Part shown: piece after piece, positions 8,893 to 18,753 of the stretch
How positions within the stretch are numbered: position 1 is the first letter of the stretch
Layout of the letters: each line of letters starts with the position of its first letter
Assembly (NCBI GenBank): GCA_035652395.1
Contig: DASRDX010000012.1
Location: 23,861-87,860, forward strand
Source of the DNA: Minisyncoccota bacterium
GTDB taxonomy: Bacteria; Patescibacteriota; Minisyncoccia; Phycocordibacterales; CAJBRS01
Length of the DNA stretch: 64,000 nt
Reading direction: 5' to 3'
Notes under the pieces: generated by a model
Database searches by the model: none
The model's input: the letters and a program-made list of their open reading frames with translations, nothing else
What the model was told of the DNA's origin: nothing
Position numbers and translations under genes: made by a program

Positions 8893-10758
8893 CTAGGTTC
8901 GAGTGACTGGGTCTGTATGCCAGTTGTCAAAGCCCCAAGTCTGCTGGATGTTCTGGAATGCACCATTAACATCTTGAACAGTTGAAGAAGCTCGAGTGAC
9001 ATAGTAGACGTTCGTTCCAGCTGCGGTCTGAGTATCGTTTACCGTTAAGGTAATGTTATACGTCTGACCTTGAGCAAGAATGTTGTTTGTCGGTGTAGGT
9101 GAGATCACTACGCTCTTGTTTACAAGAGTCGTACTTGATGCATGTCTAGCAACGACATCGAAGTCACTTCCGTTAGCGGCGTAGGCGAAAGCCTGACCTG
9201 GGTAAGGAGTAGCAGTGAAGTGGAAGTTGACCTGAACAGCGGTGGTGTTACCACTGGTGTTGTTGGTCTTGGTGTAATCAGCTGATACGAACTGGAGGTT
9301 TGGTGTAGCTCCGAATTCGTACTGATTATTTCCTCTTACAACAGAGTTTGAAGTCTGCTGATTTCCATTGCTATTCTTGTAGGTCACTGAAGTTACCGTG
9401 GCGCTAGCAATAGTTCCTGAAGCGGATGTGGCTGGGAAGTCAGCTTTGATGCTGTAGACATTTCCACCATTAGTTGTACCGCTGTTGAACTGATCTAGGT
9501 TGTTGAAGGTAACTGTTGAAGAACCGCTAAGAACTGGTTGATACTGCAATCGGGTAGCTCCCTGGAAGAGAGTAACGCCGGTTGGAGGAGTACCGGTTCC
9601 GTTTGTCATGATGTTAGCCGTTACCTGGGTCAACTGAGTTGTACCCTGAGTGGTATTGGTGTTGAAGGCCAAGAGGGTCACAGGATTGTTCTGTGTACCA
9701 ACTTTAGCATCAACGTAGTTAGTCAATGACAATGGGTTTGACTGATCAACACCGACAATCAAGGTTGAATTTCCTGGTTTGCTGAAGATTTGAACGACAG
9801 TCATTCCAGAAATATCAACGTAGTTTGAAGTGTTATTTACTCCTGTGTAGTAAAGCAATGAGGTAGCGCCATAACCACGGATGGTGATGGTTCGATTGGT
9901 ATCGATGCTGCCTGCAGTGCTAAAGCTTACGGTCAAGAGCTTGGTTGTGTTAGCAGGTACCATGAAATTGATACCGCTAAGTCGCAAGTAGTAGTCAGTT
10001 GAAGAAGTACCGGTGACAAAATCAGCAGAGCTTACGTTTCGGTTGAGAAGAACGGTTGATCCATCCCAAATCTTAACGTTGTTGATGAAGTTGCCTGGGT
10101 TTTCTGTCTGACCGCTAGCATTGTCGTTCACATCGAGGTCAATTCGATCTACTCGAACTGAACCAAGCTGTGCTCGAAGCTGAAGTCCGTAGACTGGAAC
10201 ATCAACGTTCTGTTGAATGTTGCTGTTACCACCTGGAGGACCCTGAGTAACGGTTAATGTTCCGTCACTTGAGGTAGTTGTAGTACCTCCGACTGGAGTA
10301 CAGGTGTATCCTGCTGGGCAGGTTACGCCAGTATTGTTTGGAGTACAGGTCATTCCTGCTGGGCAAGAAGTTGTACCGCCAGTGCTTGAACCCGTGAAGA
10401 GTTCAGGATGAGCAGCAATGTAAGCTCGAGTGATAGGACCGAAGTATCCAGCGGCTGGTGAAATATTCACGCTAGCCTGGAAAGCGGCCACAGCAGCTCG
10501 AGTAAGGGTGCCGAAGTATCCGAAAGCAACGCCAGCTGGCATTACTAGGAAACCGTGAGCAACCAACATTTGCTGAAGAGCGACAACGTCAGCTCCTCGA
10601 CTACCTACTGTCAGGTTTGAACTGAAAGTGTAGGGAGCCGCAACTGTAGTTGTAGTGCTAGTAGTGGTAGTAGTCATGGTGTCGGCGCTCGCAATGGAGA
10701 CAAACATCATGGCTAGAGCCAAGACTGCAACAACAACTTTCTTTGTGTTTGTTGACAT
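8893..10758 (-). CDS. secreted peptidoglycan-binding surface (S-layer-like) protein
   Basis: Signal peptide, PG_binding_1 motif (LTVGSRGADVVALQQML...GYFGPITRA), two CPAGxTCTP repeats, Thr/Asn-rich beta region. Confidence 0.8.
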   Translation of the reverse strand: MSTNTKKVVVAVLALAMMFVSIASADTMTTTTTSTTTTVAAPYTFSSNLTVGSRGADVVALQQMLVAHGFLVMPAGVAFGYFGTLTRAAVAAFQASVNISPAAGYFGPITRAYIAAHPELFTGSSTGGTTSCPAGMTCTPNNTGVTCPAGYTCTPVGGTTTTSSDGTLTVTQGPPGGNSNIQQNVDVPVYGLQLRAQLGSVRVDRIDLDVNDNASGQTENPGNFINNVKIWDGSTVLLNRNVSSADFVTGTSSTDYYLRLSGINFMVPANTTKLLTVSFSTAGSIDTNRTITIRGYGATSLLYYTGVNNTSNYVDISGMTVVQIFSKPGNSTLIVGVDQSNPLSLTNYVDAKVGTQNNPVTLLAFNTNTTQGTTQLTQVTANIMTNGTGTPPTGVTLFQGATRLQYQPVLSGSSTVTFNNLDQFNSGTTNGGNVYSIKADFPATSASGTIASATVTSVTYKNSNGNQQTSNSVVRGNNQYEFGATPNLQFVSADYTKTNNTSGNTTAVQVNFHFTATPYPGQAFAYAANGSDFDVVARHASSTTLVNKSVVISPTPTNNILAQGQTYNITLTVNDTQTAAGTNVYYVTRASSTVQDVNGAFQNIQQTWGFDNWHTDPVTRT

Positions 10759-11047
10759 AATAATTTGTTAATTGATAACTCTCTCCGGTTAATTAATACT
10801 AATGTTTTTAATTTGGAGAAAATTATCGTTACTAAACTTAACTTAATAACCGTTCTGCATAAATTTTCGACATGCAGAATTTGTATCCATTAAACGTGAA
10901 CGTTCATCGCTCAATGAATACTAAACTAATCCTTTTGCTTCATTGATCGACACAAAGCAAATGGGAAGAGTTTCGAAATGAAGACCGAATTTCTTTCAGA
11001 TCAATCGTGGGAGAACAAGGTCGTTCAGAAGTGTATTTTTACTACTT

Positions 11048-11064
11048 ATTTAATTTTCAAAGTG
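11048..11064 (-). promoter_or_regulatory. boxA-like element in the surface-protein leader
   Basis: CACTTTGAAAATTAAAT, 17/17 identical to 992-1008. Confidence 0.65.
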
Positions 11065-11141
11065 CCAAGTCGATCTGTATGGGCAAATTCAAGTACGGAA
11101 AACCCCTAGATAGGAACGTTTCCCTAGCTCTAGGTAGATAA

Positions 11142-11188
11142 AGTATATGATTTTAAGCCCTTTATTGCAAACCAGAGTTTGTGGATAA
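11142..11188 (-). promoter_or_regulatory. sigma70 promoter with adjacent DnaA box
   Basis: TTGCAA-N17-TATACT (11142-11170); consensus TTATCCACA at 11180-11188. Confidence 0.75.
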
Positions 11189-11316
11189 CCGCTTAAAATG
11201 ACGTAACCTCTGCCTAAATATTACATTAAAATGAGGGATTTGGCAATTTAAAGACTTTTTAAGGATACGCGAGCTATAAAAAGTTTCTACCTGGTTTAAA
11301 CAGACAAAGCCTAAAT

Positions 11317-12120
11317 CTAAATTAAAGAATATTTACTCCAGCGTCGTTCCCCAACTTTTTTCAGTAGACCTTTCTCTACCATCTGACTAAGTTCGCGTTG
11401 AATAGTCTTCTCGCTGCAATTAGCAAAGGATTGGCTGATGTCCTTGATACTGAGATTGTTCTGTTTTCGCAACATCCCTAGAATCACAGCTTGTCTGTCA
11501 ATAGTTTTGTCAATAGAAGGTTTTGTTAGAGAACTTTTGTCTTTTATCGGGGTCGAACGAAATTGTCCTTTAGCTTTTGTGCTTTTCATATGTTGAGCTT
11601 TGTCCTTTAGTTCGGCTTCCGACTTCAGATTGGAATCTAAATTCCAAGCAGCCGGTAATTGCTCGGTCTTAAACATCTCTTCGTCCAAGACAAAATTGCT
11701 AGGAACTTTTAAAGATTCTTCCCTACCCTCCACTAAAGAAATGAGGTTTTCAAACTCTTTTCTCAAAATCTTTCTATTGGTTTCAGAAATTAAACCTGAC
11801 AAATTAGCCAGATCAAGAAAGCTAAGAATTTCCAGACTTGATTGAAATAAATTGTCTACGATACCTTTTCGGTCGCCGGAGTGTGCAATCGGCAACGCTA
11901 AACTGTCCTCTAGAATATGAGTAGCTTTCTCCCGGACATTCCACTTAAGCGGTTCTTGATCAGGAAAATGTTCACTTACCATATAGAGAGCGGCTGAGAG
12001 GCTCTTACATTTTTTATACAAAAAGACAAAATAGGCGTTGTTGTTGAAAAAGGCCAGTTTTTCAACGTTTAGGCTAAGTTCTTTAGGCTGATCATTTTGT
12101 TTGTCCTTTTGCGGTTCCAT
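11317..12120 (-). CDS. DNA-binding protein with C-terminal DeoR-type HTH
   Basis: C-terminal RQAVILGML...SIKDI...CSEKTIQRELSQMVEKGLLKKVG; helical N-terminal domain. Confidence 0.8.
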   Translation of the reverse strand: MEPQKDKQNDQPKELSLNVEKLAFFNNNAYFVFLYKKCKSLSAALYMVSEHFPDQEPLKWNVREKATHILEDSLALPIAHSGDRKGIVDNLFQSSLEILSFLDLANLSGLISETNRKILRKEFENLISLVEGREESLKVPSNFVLDEEMFKTEQLPAAWNLDSNLKSEAELKDKAQHMKSTKAKGQFRSTPIKDKSSLTKPSIDKTIDRQAVILGMLRKQNNLSIKDISQSFANCSEKTIQRELSQMVEKGLLKKVGERRWSKYSLI

Positions 12121-12195
12121 GTCCTTTTGAATGTCTTTTGAGTTAAAATGTCTTTTAGAATGGAAAAAATAATTGTCCTATTATATATAGGACAA
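11438..12195. repeat. cluster of WTGTCYTT(T) repeats in and upstream of the HTH gene
   Basis: Copies at about 11438, 11537, 11563, 11600, 12101, 12119, 12131, 12148; inverted copy at 12011; palindrome TTGTCCTA-N7-TAGGACAA at 12173-12195. Confidence 0.7.
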
Positions 12196-12386
12196 GAGTT
12201 TTGTAAATAGTCTCCTTTTGGATTTGTCGATTAAGCAATTACGCTTCCGCTGGAGGTCAAAACGGGAACGCTCCAGCACAATTACTTAATCGACAAAGGC
12301 AATAGCTATTTCAAAACTGACTTGTCGGAGGAGAGGAGAGAAATCGTGATATTATAAGAGCATAAATTTACTTTTGTAGAGCTTCA

Positions 12387-14579
12387 ATGGCTAAAAAGAA
12401 AAATAAGGAGAAGAAAGACAGTAACCTTAATATTTTGAAAAATCTGAAGAAAGAAACTGCTCACGGAGTTTGGGCTGTAGTTTTTATCGTCTTAGCCATT
12501 TTTTTTCTGCTTTCTTCTTTGGGCATTGGCGGTATTGCCGGAGTAAAGATTTGGGAATTATTCTCTTATCTTTTGGGGACAGTTGGCTATTTCTTAATTC
12601 CGTTAGTTCTCTGTCTTCTTGGCATTACTTTCTTCAGATCGGTTATGGAGAGATTTGCCCTAACTAGAATTATCGGCAGTCTTTTATTGTTTGTCTCCAG
12701 TCTAGGCCTTCTGAATTTAATCAAAGAAAACAGTGGCGGCGTGGTGGGCGGTTTAATCTCTACCCCTCTAATCAATCTGTTTGATACGTATGTCAGTTTT
12801 ATCTTTTTGATAGCTCTCTTTCTTATTTCCCTATTCATTATTTTTGATACGACTTTAAGACGAGAGCATTTTTCTTTTTTGAATTTTCGCCAGAGATTAG
12901 GAAAAGATAAAGAAGAGGAGAAGGACCTAGTAATCAAGGCTTCCGATCTTTTTGCCGCAAGCGATGAGGATGAGAAAGAGGAGGAAGAAGAGAAGCCGGC
13001 TAAAGGAAAAAGTTTTTTTGGAAAGAAAGAGGTCAAGAATGACAATAAAGAAAATGAGCAGAAGATTGTGGGAATGACGAAGACGGAAGTGCCGAAAGAT
13101 TTTGAGTTTTCGACAAAATCTTTCGGCACTTCCGGCAAGAAATTCGTCCCTCCTCCCCTCTCTATTCTAGAAACTGATCGCGGTAAACCTGGCGTGGGCG
13201 ACATCAAAGCCAACGCCAACATCATCAAGCGCACTCTCCAAAACTTCGGCATTGATGTGGAGATGGATGAGATCTCAATTGGTCCTTCTATTACTCGATA
13301 CGCTCTGAAACCGGCTGAGGGAGTAAAACTTTCAAGAATTATTGGTCTACAAAACAATCTAGCTCTGGCCCTGGCCGCACATCCCATCCGCATCGAAGCT
13401 CCCATCCCCGGCAAATCACTGGTCGGAATTGAAATTCCAAACAGCGTTAAAACAACAGTTGGTTTAGGCTCCCTTCTGGCGAACGAGGAGTTCCAAAATT
13501 CTGACAAACCTCTGCTAGTCTCTCTTGGCAAAGGTATTTCCGGCAAATCCTATTTTGATAATGTGGCCAAGATGCCGCACTGTTTGATTGCTGGAGCTAC
13601 CGGCTCCGGAAAATCGGTGACTATTCACGCCCTTATCGCTTCTCTGCTTTTTCGAAATTCCCCGGAAAACCTTCGCTTTATCATGATTGATCCAAAAAGA
13701 GTGGAGTTAACTCTCTATAATGGGATTCCTCACCTTCTTACTCCAGTAATTACAGACGCCAAGAAAGCTATTCTTTCCTTAAAATGGGCCGCCAAAGAAA
13801 TGGACCGACGCTACGACATCTTAGAAAAGGAGTCGGTTCGTGACATCCAGTCCTATCACAAAAATATTAAAGGCGGTGAAACAATGCCCTACATCGTCAT
13901 TATTATTGATGAGCTCGCCGATATCATGACTACTTACCCGCGAGAACTCGAATCGGCCATTGTCCGACTGGCCCAGATGAGTCGCGCCGTTGGTATTCAT
14001 TTGATGCTTTCTACTCAGCGCCCTTCCGTAAACGTCATCACCGGTTTAATTAAAGCGAACATTCCGGCTCGTATTGCTCTCCAAGTGGCTTCCCAGATTG
14101 ACTCGCGAACCATTCTTGATGGACCCGGCGCCGAGAAATTATTAGGCGCCGGCGATATGCTCTACCTCTCCGGCGAGATGTCCATGCCACAGCGAATTCA
14201 ATCGGCTTATATCACTGAAGGCGAAGTGAAGAAACTGGTGAAATATTTGAAAGATAATTATAAGGATGAGTTGCCGTCAGAAATTAATCTCTCTGGCGAT
14301 AAAGCTGGTGAAAGCGCCACTAAAGATCCAGTCTTCGATTCCGGATTTGCCAATGATGAGCCCGGAGATGATGACGACCTCTATGAGGAGGCGCGAGAAA
14401 TCGTGGTTCATGCCGGCAAAGCCTCCACTTCCTATCTTCAGCGAAAGCTCCGAATCGGTTACGCGCGAGCCGCTCGTTTAATAGACATGCTTGAGGAACG
14501 CGGAGTCATCAGTGCCGGCGAAGGTGCCAAACCTCGCCAAGTAATTGGCTACGCCGATAATCCAACCACTGAAGAATAG
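12387..14579 (+). CDS. ftsK: DNA translocase FtsK/SpoIIIE
   Basis: N-terminal TMs, GATGSGKS, IIIDELAD, STQRPS, gamma domain LQRKLRIGYARAARLID. Confidence 0.97.
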   Translation: MAKKKNKEKKDSNLNILKNLKKETAHGVWAVVFIVLAIFFLLSSLGIGGIAGVKIWELFSYLLGTVGYFLIPLVLCLLGITFFRSVMERFALTRIIGSLLLFVSSLGLLNLIKENSGGVVGGLISTPLINLFDTYVSFIFLIALFLISLFIIFDTTLRREHFSFLNFRQRLGKDKEEEKDLVIKASDLFAASDEDEKEEEEEKPAKGKSFFGKKEVKNDNKENEQKIVGMTKTEVPKDFEFSTKSFGTSGKKFVPPPLSILETDRGKPGVGDIKANANIIKRTLQNFGIDVEMDEISIGPSITRYALKPAEGVKLSRIIGLQNNLALALAAHPIRIEAPIPGKSLVGIEIPNSVKTTVGLGSLLANEEFQNSDKPLLVSLGKGISGKSYFDNVAKMPHCLIAGATGSGKSVTIHALIASLLFRNSPENLRFIMIDPKRVELTLYNGIPHLLTPVITDAKKAILSLKWAAKEMDRRYDILEKESVRDIQSYHKNIKGGETMPYIVIIIDELADIMTTYPRELESAIVRLAQMSRAVGIHLMLSTQRPSVNVITGLIKANIPARIALQVASQIDSRTILDGPGAEKLLGAGDMLYLSGEMSMPQRIQSAYITEGEVKKLVKYLKDNYKDELPSEINLSGDKAGESATKDPVFDSGFANDEPGDDDDLYEEAREIVVHAGKASTSYLQRKLRIGYARAARLIDMLEERGVISAGEGAKPRQVIGYADNPTTEE

Positions 14580-14590
14580 TCGCGAATTCG

Positions 14591-15034
14591 ATGCAACGTG
14601 ACGCCAAACATCTCTTTCGGACTAGTGTAGTTGTTTTACTTTTCATTATCATTCTTTCCTACGCTTTTTTTCAGGCCAGAAAGATCCTTGAGGGACCGGA
14701 AATTATCATCAATAATCCGAAAAACGGTCAGACTGTTACAGACTCTTTCCTTTCTATTGATGGAGTAGCTAAAAATATTAATGCCATCAGCCTTGACGAT
14801 CGGCCCATCTTCATTGACGAGGCCGGCAACTTTCACGAAAAATTGCTCCTCTATCCGGGCTATAATATAATGAAATTTGAAGCCAGAGATAAATTCGGCA
14901 AGGATAAGATCGTGATGTTGGAAGTGAATTATCGAGCGCCAGCAGCCGAGTTGGTGCCTACAAGTGCCTCCACAACTCTCCCTACCTCATCGAGCTCTGC
15001 AACAACTACTGTAGCCACTTCGTCTAAAATTTAA
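14591..15034 (+). CDS. membrane-anchored Ig-like domain protein
   Basis: N-terminal TM, GPEIIINNP...LYPGYN...ARDKFG, Ser/Thr-rich tail. Confidence 0.7.
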   Translation: MQRDAKHLFRTSVVVLLFIIILSYAFFQARKILEGPEIIINNPKNGQTVTDSFLSIDGVAKNINAISLDDRPIFIDEAGNFHEKLLLYPGYNIMKFEARDKFGKDKIVMLEVNYRAPAAELVPTSASTTLPTSSSSATTTVATSSKI

Positions 15035-15113
15035 GGGGTAAGCCTCTCAATTTAGAAAAATTTGAGGAAAAATTTATGATTTTTATTTAATAATGACAAA
15101 ATAACTAAAACCT

Positions 15114-16142
15114 ATGGCACTTAAGAAAAAGGACAAGGAACCGAAGGAGGAAAAGACGGTGGGCGGAGTTAATATTGAAGATACATTGCGACAGATTCGG
15201 ACCAAATTCGGTGAGGAAGCCATTATGAAGCTCGGAGAAAAACCGAGAGTGGATGTAAATGCCATTCCAACCGGGTCAATTGGTTTGGACGCCGCCTTAG
15301 GAGTCGGCGGCTTACCGCGCGGCCGTATTATTGAAATTTTCGGACCAGAGTCTTCGGGTAAGACTACCCTTTCTCTTCACGTTGTCGCAGAAGCTCAAAA
15401 ACGCGGGGGTATTTGTGCTTTCGTAGATGCCGAACACGCCATGGATCCGGAGTATGCTAAGCGGCTGGGAGTGAAAATTGATGAACTTTTAATTTCCCAG
15501 CCGGACACAGGAGAGCAAGCACTTGAAATCGTGGAAAGCTTGGTACGCTCGGGCAAAATGGATGTCATTGTCATTGACTCGGTGGCCGCTCTTACTCCCA
15601 AGGACGAAATTGAAGGAGACATGGGTGCACATCATGTTGGAAAACAAGCGAGACTGATGTCGCAAGCTCTGCGAAAACTCACTAGCATCGTGGCCAAAAG
15701 TAAAACTATCGTCATCTTCATTAATCAGATTCGAATGCAGATCGGCGTGATGTTTGGCAATCCCGAAACTACTCCGGGCGGTAAAGCTTTGAAATTTTAC
15801 ACTTCAGTTCGTTTAGATATTCGTCGTATTGCCCAGATTAAAAAAGGAGATGAAGTGATGGGCGGGCGAGTGCGGGTGAAAGTGGTAAAGAATAAAGTGG
15901 CGGCCCCGTTTAAACAGACTGAATTTGACTTAATGTACAACGAGGGCATCTCCCGCGAGGGCGAAATCATTGCTCTCGGCGAGAAAATGAATTTGATTGA
16001 TAAAAGCGGCAGTTCTTACGCTTACGGGCAGGTAAAACTTGGCCGCGGCTATGACGCCACCCGCCAATTCCTAAAAGAAAATAAAAAAGTGACAGAGGAA
16101 ATTCTGAAAGAGATTAGGAAGAAATTGAAGGAGGAAGTTTAG
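15114..16142 (+). CDS. recA: recombinase RecA
   Basis: [36 protein letters not shown]. Confidence 0.99.
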   Translation: MALKKKDKEPKEEKTVGGVNIEDTLRQIRTKFGEEAIMKLGEKPRVDVNAIPTGSIGLDAALGVGGLPRGRIIEIFGPESSGKTTLSLHVVAEAQKRGGICAFVDAEHAMDPEYAKRLGVKIDELLISQPDTGEQALEIVESLVRSGKMDVIVIDSVAALTPKDEIEGDMGAHHVGKQARLMSQALRKLTSIVAKSKTIVIFINQIRMQIGVMFGNPETTPGGKALKFYTSVRLDIRRIAQIKKGDEVMGGRVRVKVVKNKVAAPFKQTEFDLMYNEGISREGEIIALGEKMNLIDKSGSSYAYGQVKLGRGYDATRQFLKENKKVTEEILKEIRKKLKEEV

Positions 16143-16159
16143 TTCTTAGATGGCCGCCT

Positions 16160-16747
16160 TTAGGCGGCCATCTTTCTGTTCTTAATTACAAAAAATATTA
16201 TTACTCCGAAAATAGCTAAAGCGGAGAAAATTAATCCCCCATAATGAATATACTGACCGAAAAGCTGATAACTCTCACCGTAGTAATAACCGATAAAAAC
16301 CAACGCACCCGTTTTTAAAAGACTAACCGCCGTATTAATGCTAAAAAATTTCCAAAGCGGCATTCTGGTTACACCGGCCCCAATCATGGTCGGCCATCCG
16401 ACTCCGTGACTAAGTTTGCCGATAGCGATAGTCTTGCCACCATGTTTTTCAAAATGGGAATCTATTTTTCCCAATCGCTCGGGAGTAAGGCCCAGCCATT
16501 TCAATTTTCGGACAAGACGACTCTCTCTTCCCCACCGACCAATGGAATAGTAAATAAAATCTCCCAAAAGATCGGCCGCCATGGCTAAAATGACAATCGG
16601 CCAAACGGCTAAATAGTGGGAGGGCAAGCTGGCTAGATAACTGGCAATAATGGTAGAAACCGGACCTTCCACAATAAAAACTGGAAATAAAATCAGGTAT
16701 TTATATTTCACCACCAGAGCAATAAATTCGACCAGAGTAATATGCAT
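16160..16747 (-). CDS. DedA family membrane protein
   Basis: VEGP, LGDFIYYSIGR, FEKHGGKTI, AGVTRMP. Confidence 0.88.
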   Translation of the reverse strand: MHITLVEFIALVVKYKYLILFPVFIVEGPVSTIIASYLASLPSHYLAVWPIVILAMAADLLGDFIYYSIGRWGRESRLVRKLKWLGLTPERLGKIDSHFEKHGGKTIAIGKLSHGVGWPTMIGAGVTRMPLWKFFSINTAVSLLKTGALVFIGYYYGESYQLFGQYIHYGGLIFSALAIFGVIIFFVIKNRKMAA

Positions 16748-16859
16748 CTTGTAATTATATATCCGATAGACAAATTTTAAGACCTCTGCTAAGCTAAAAA
16801 TATCCGCGAAAGCGGATTTTATATTCTCATTATTTAATACTTAACTACGCACTATTGTT

Positions 16860-17453
16860 ATGGCCATGCTCGAATACAACGAAATTACTGAGCGAAAATA
16901 CATCATCTTGGATGATGAACCATGGGAAGTGCTTACTTCTCATGTCTTTCGCAAGCAGCAAAGAAAACCGGTCAACGCCACAAAGCTAAAGAATATGTTA
17001 ACTGGACGAGTTACGGAGCATTCATTCCATGTTTCTGATAAAGCGGAAGAAGCGGATATTTCCAGCCGTAAAATTAAATATCTTTATACGAATAAAGGCG
17101 AATACTGGTTCTGCGAAGAGAAAGATCCTTCCAAGCGATTCAAACTGGAAGAAGAAATGCTCGGACCGCAAGTCAGATTTTTGAAACCAAACTCAATCGT
17201 AGATGCGCTTATCTTTACCGACGAAGACAACGAAGATGACGGGGGCAAGATTATCGGAGTAAAAGTGCCGATTACGGTAGATCTAAAAGTAACCGAAGCC
17301 TTTGATGCAGTTAAGGGAGACACCGCCACAGGCGGCAGCAAAACCGTCACTTTAGAGACCGGCGCCACTATTAACGTTCCATTGTTTGTAAAACAAGGAG
17401 ACATTATCCGCATCAATACAGAGAATGCGGAATATCGAGAAAGAGTAAGTTAG
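16860..17453 (+). CDS. efp: elongation factor P
   Basis: KGDTATGGSK, LETGATINVPLFV, INTENAEYRER. Confidence 0.96.
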   Translation: MAMLEYNEITERKYIILDDEPWEVLTSHVFRKQQRKPVNATKLKNMLTGRVTEHSFHVSDKAEEADISSRKIKYLYTNKGEYWFCEEKDPSKRFKLEEEMLGPQVRFLKPNSIVDALIFTDEDNEDDGGKIIGVKVPITVDLKVTEAFDAVKGDTATGGSKTVTLETGATINVPLFVKQGDIIRINTENAEYRERVS

Positions 17454-17476
17454 GTCTTCTCTTCTCTTCTCTCAAG

Positions 17477-17677
17477 TCATCTTGCCACGAATGGCATTAG
17501 GCCCATAAAGCGAGCGCGTTTAATGGCGTTAGCTAATTTTCGTTGGTTTTTGGCGCTAATACCACTTCTTCGTCGAGAAAGAATGCGGCCATGCGGATTG
17601 ATGAACTTTTTTAAAAGTTCCGTATCTTTGTAATCAAAGTAATTTATATTTTGGGCGTTAAAATTTTTATCTTGCAT
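17477..17677 (-). CDS. rpsR: 30S ribosomal protein S18
   Basis: [23 protein letters not shown]. Confidence 0.97.
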   Translation of the reverse strand: MQDKNFNAQNINYFDYKDTELLKKFINPHGRILSRRRSGISAKNQRKLANAIKRARFMGLMPFVAR

Positions 17678-17704
17678 ACTTTTACAACTTTATGAAGTTT
17701 ATAA

Positions 17705-18160
17705 CTAAAACGGTATATCCTCTGGATTAATTTCCTCTTCAGGATAATCGATGGTATCCATATTATCGGTTTTGGCGGGGGCCTGACTCTCATCGCCGCC
17801 CGCTGATTTTCCGGAATAAGGAGTTGTGGCACCGCCGCTTCTTGGTCCGAATTGTACTCGTTCAGCAATTATTTCCGTTCGATAATTCTTTTTGCCATCT
17901 GCTCCTTCCCATGAGCGAGTCTGCATCCGGCCTTCCACCATAGCAGAGCTGCCCTTCTTTAGATATTGAGCGGTGGTTTCAGCCTGTCGTCCGAAAACGA
18001 CGATATTGTGATAATCTGTACTTTCCTGACGAGCTCCGTCCTTTTTCCAGACGCGATTGGTAGCCAGCGAGAAAGTTGTTACCTGCATACCGGAAGGCAG
18101 CGATTTCAATTCTGGATCGCGGGTGAGGTTTCCGTAGACGATGGCTTTGTTTAAATACAT
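17705..18160 (-). CDS. ssb: single-stranded DNA-binding protein
   Basis: NKAIVYGNLTRDPE, C-terminal DIPF. Confidence 0.98.
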   Translation of the reverse strand: MYLNKAIVYGNLTRDPELKSLPSGMQVTTFSLATNRVWKKDGARQESTDYHNIVVFGRQAETTAQYLKKGSSAMVEGRMQTRSWEGADGKKNYRTEIIAERVQFGPRSGGATTPYSGKSAGGDESQAPAKTDNMDTIDYPEEEINPEDIPF

Positions 18161-18161
18161 A

Positions 18162-18683
18162 TTAAATCACTAATTCTTCAATGGTTTTATCTAGTTCCGC
18201 TTCGGAAATTGGTTTTTCGGCTTTTTCTTTCTCTTCCTTGTTTCGACGAGCTACTCGATTCGGATCGCTACGCAGATATGAAGGTCGAGGGGTGTAAAGA
18301 ATATTTTCTCGAATAGTTTTTAGAATAATGAAGCGCAAAATGGAGTCAATATTTTCAACCGCCTTCTTAAGCTCGATGGCGACGGCAGAATCGGCTTCAA
18401 ATTTAATCCAGCTGAAGTAAGCCCGATCATGAGTTTGTTTAACCGCTTTTACCGTTTTAGAAATTGAATACGCTAAGGGCCGCATCTTTGGAAAATCTTC
18501 GGAAAGAGGTTTACCTCCCTTCTCTTCGATCAAGGATTTTATTTTGCTGAATTCAGCGCCGACATTTTCAGCAGCTACGGTTGGCACAAGTAGAAAGCCG
18601 AGCTCGTAAATCCGAGCTTCGCCTTCGTCCTGATCCGATTCCTCAATTATTTGAGGTTCTTTAATTTGGGTATCTTCGGCCAT
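18162..18683 (-). CDS. rpsF: 30S ribosomal protein S6
   Basis: YELGFLL, RPLAYSI, ILRFII; rpsF-ssb-rpsR order; start taken at MAEDTQ. Confidence 0.9.
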   Translation of the reverse strand: MAEDTQIKEPQIIEESDQDEGEARIYELGFLLVPTVAAENVGAEFSKIKSLIEEKGGKPLSEDFPKMRPLAYSISKTVKAVKQTHDRAYFSWIKFEADSAVAIELKKAVENIDSILRFIILKTIRENILYTPRPSYLRSDPNRVARRNKEEKEKAEKPISEAELDKTIEELVI

Positions 18684-18753
18684 TAGTCTAGAGAGATTAT
18701 CATAGGGCATAATCTATTGCAAACTGGCCCTTTATGGGGATTTTAAGAAAAAT

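Noticed and set aside
11170-11316. Replication origin
   Set aside because: Only one perfect DnaA box was seen and there is no dnaA/dnaN nearby; not enough to call oriC.
12587-13546. 319-aa antisense ORF within ftsK, and similar shadow ORFs over recA, efp, ileS, glyA and the AsnRS-like gene
   Set aside because: Antisense shadows of well-supported genes with no motifs of their own.
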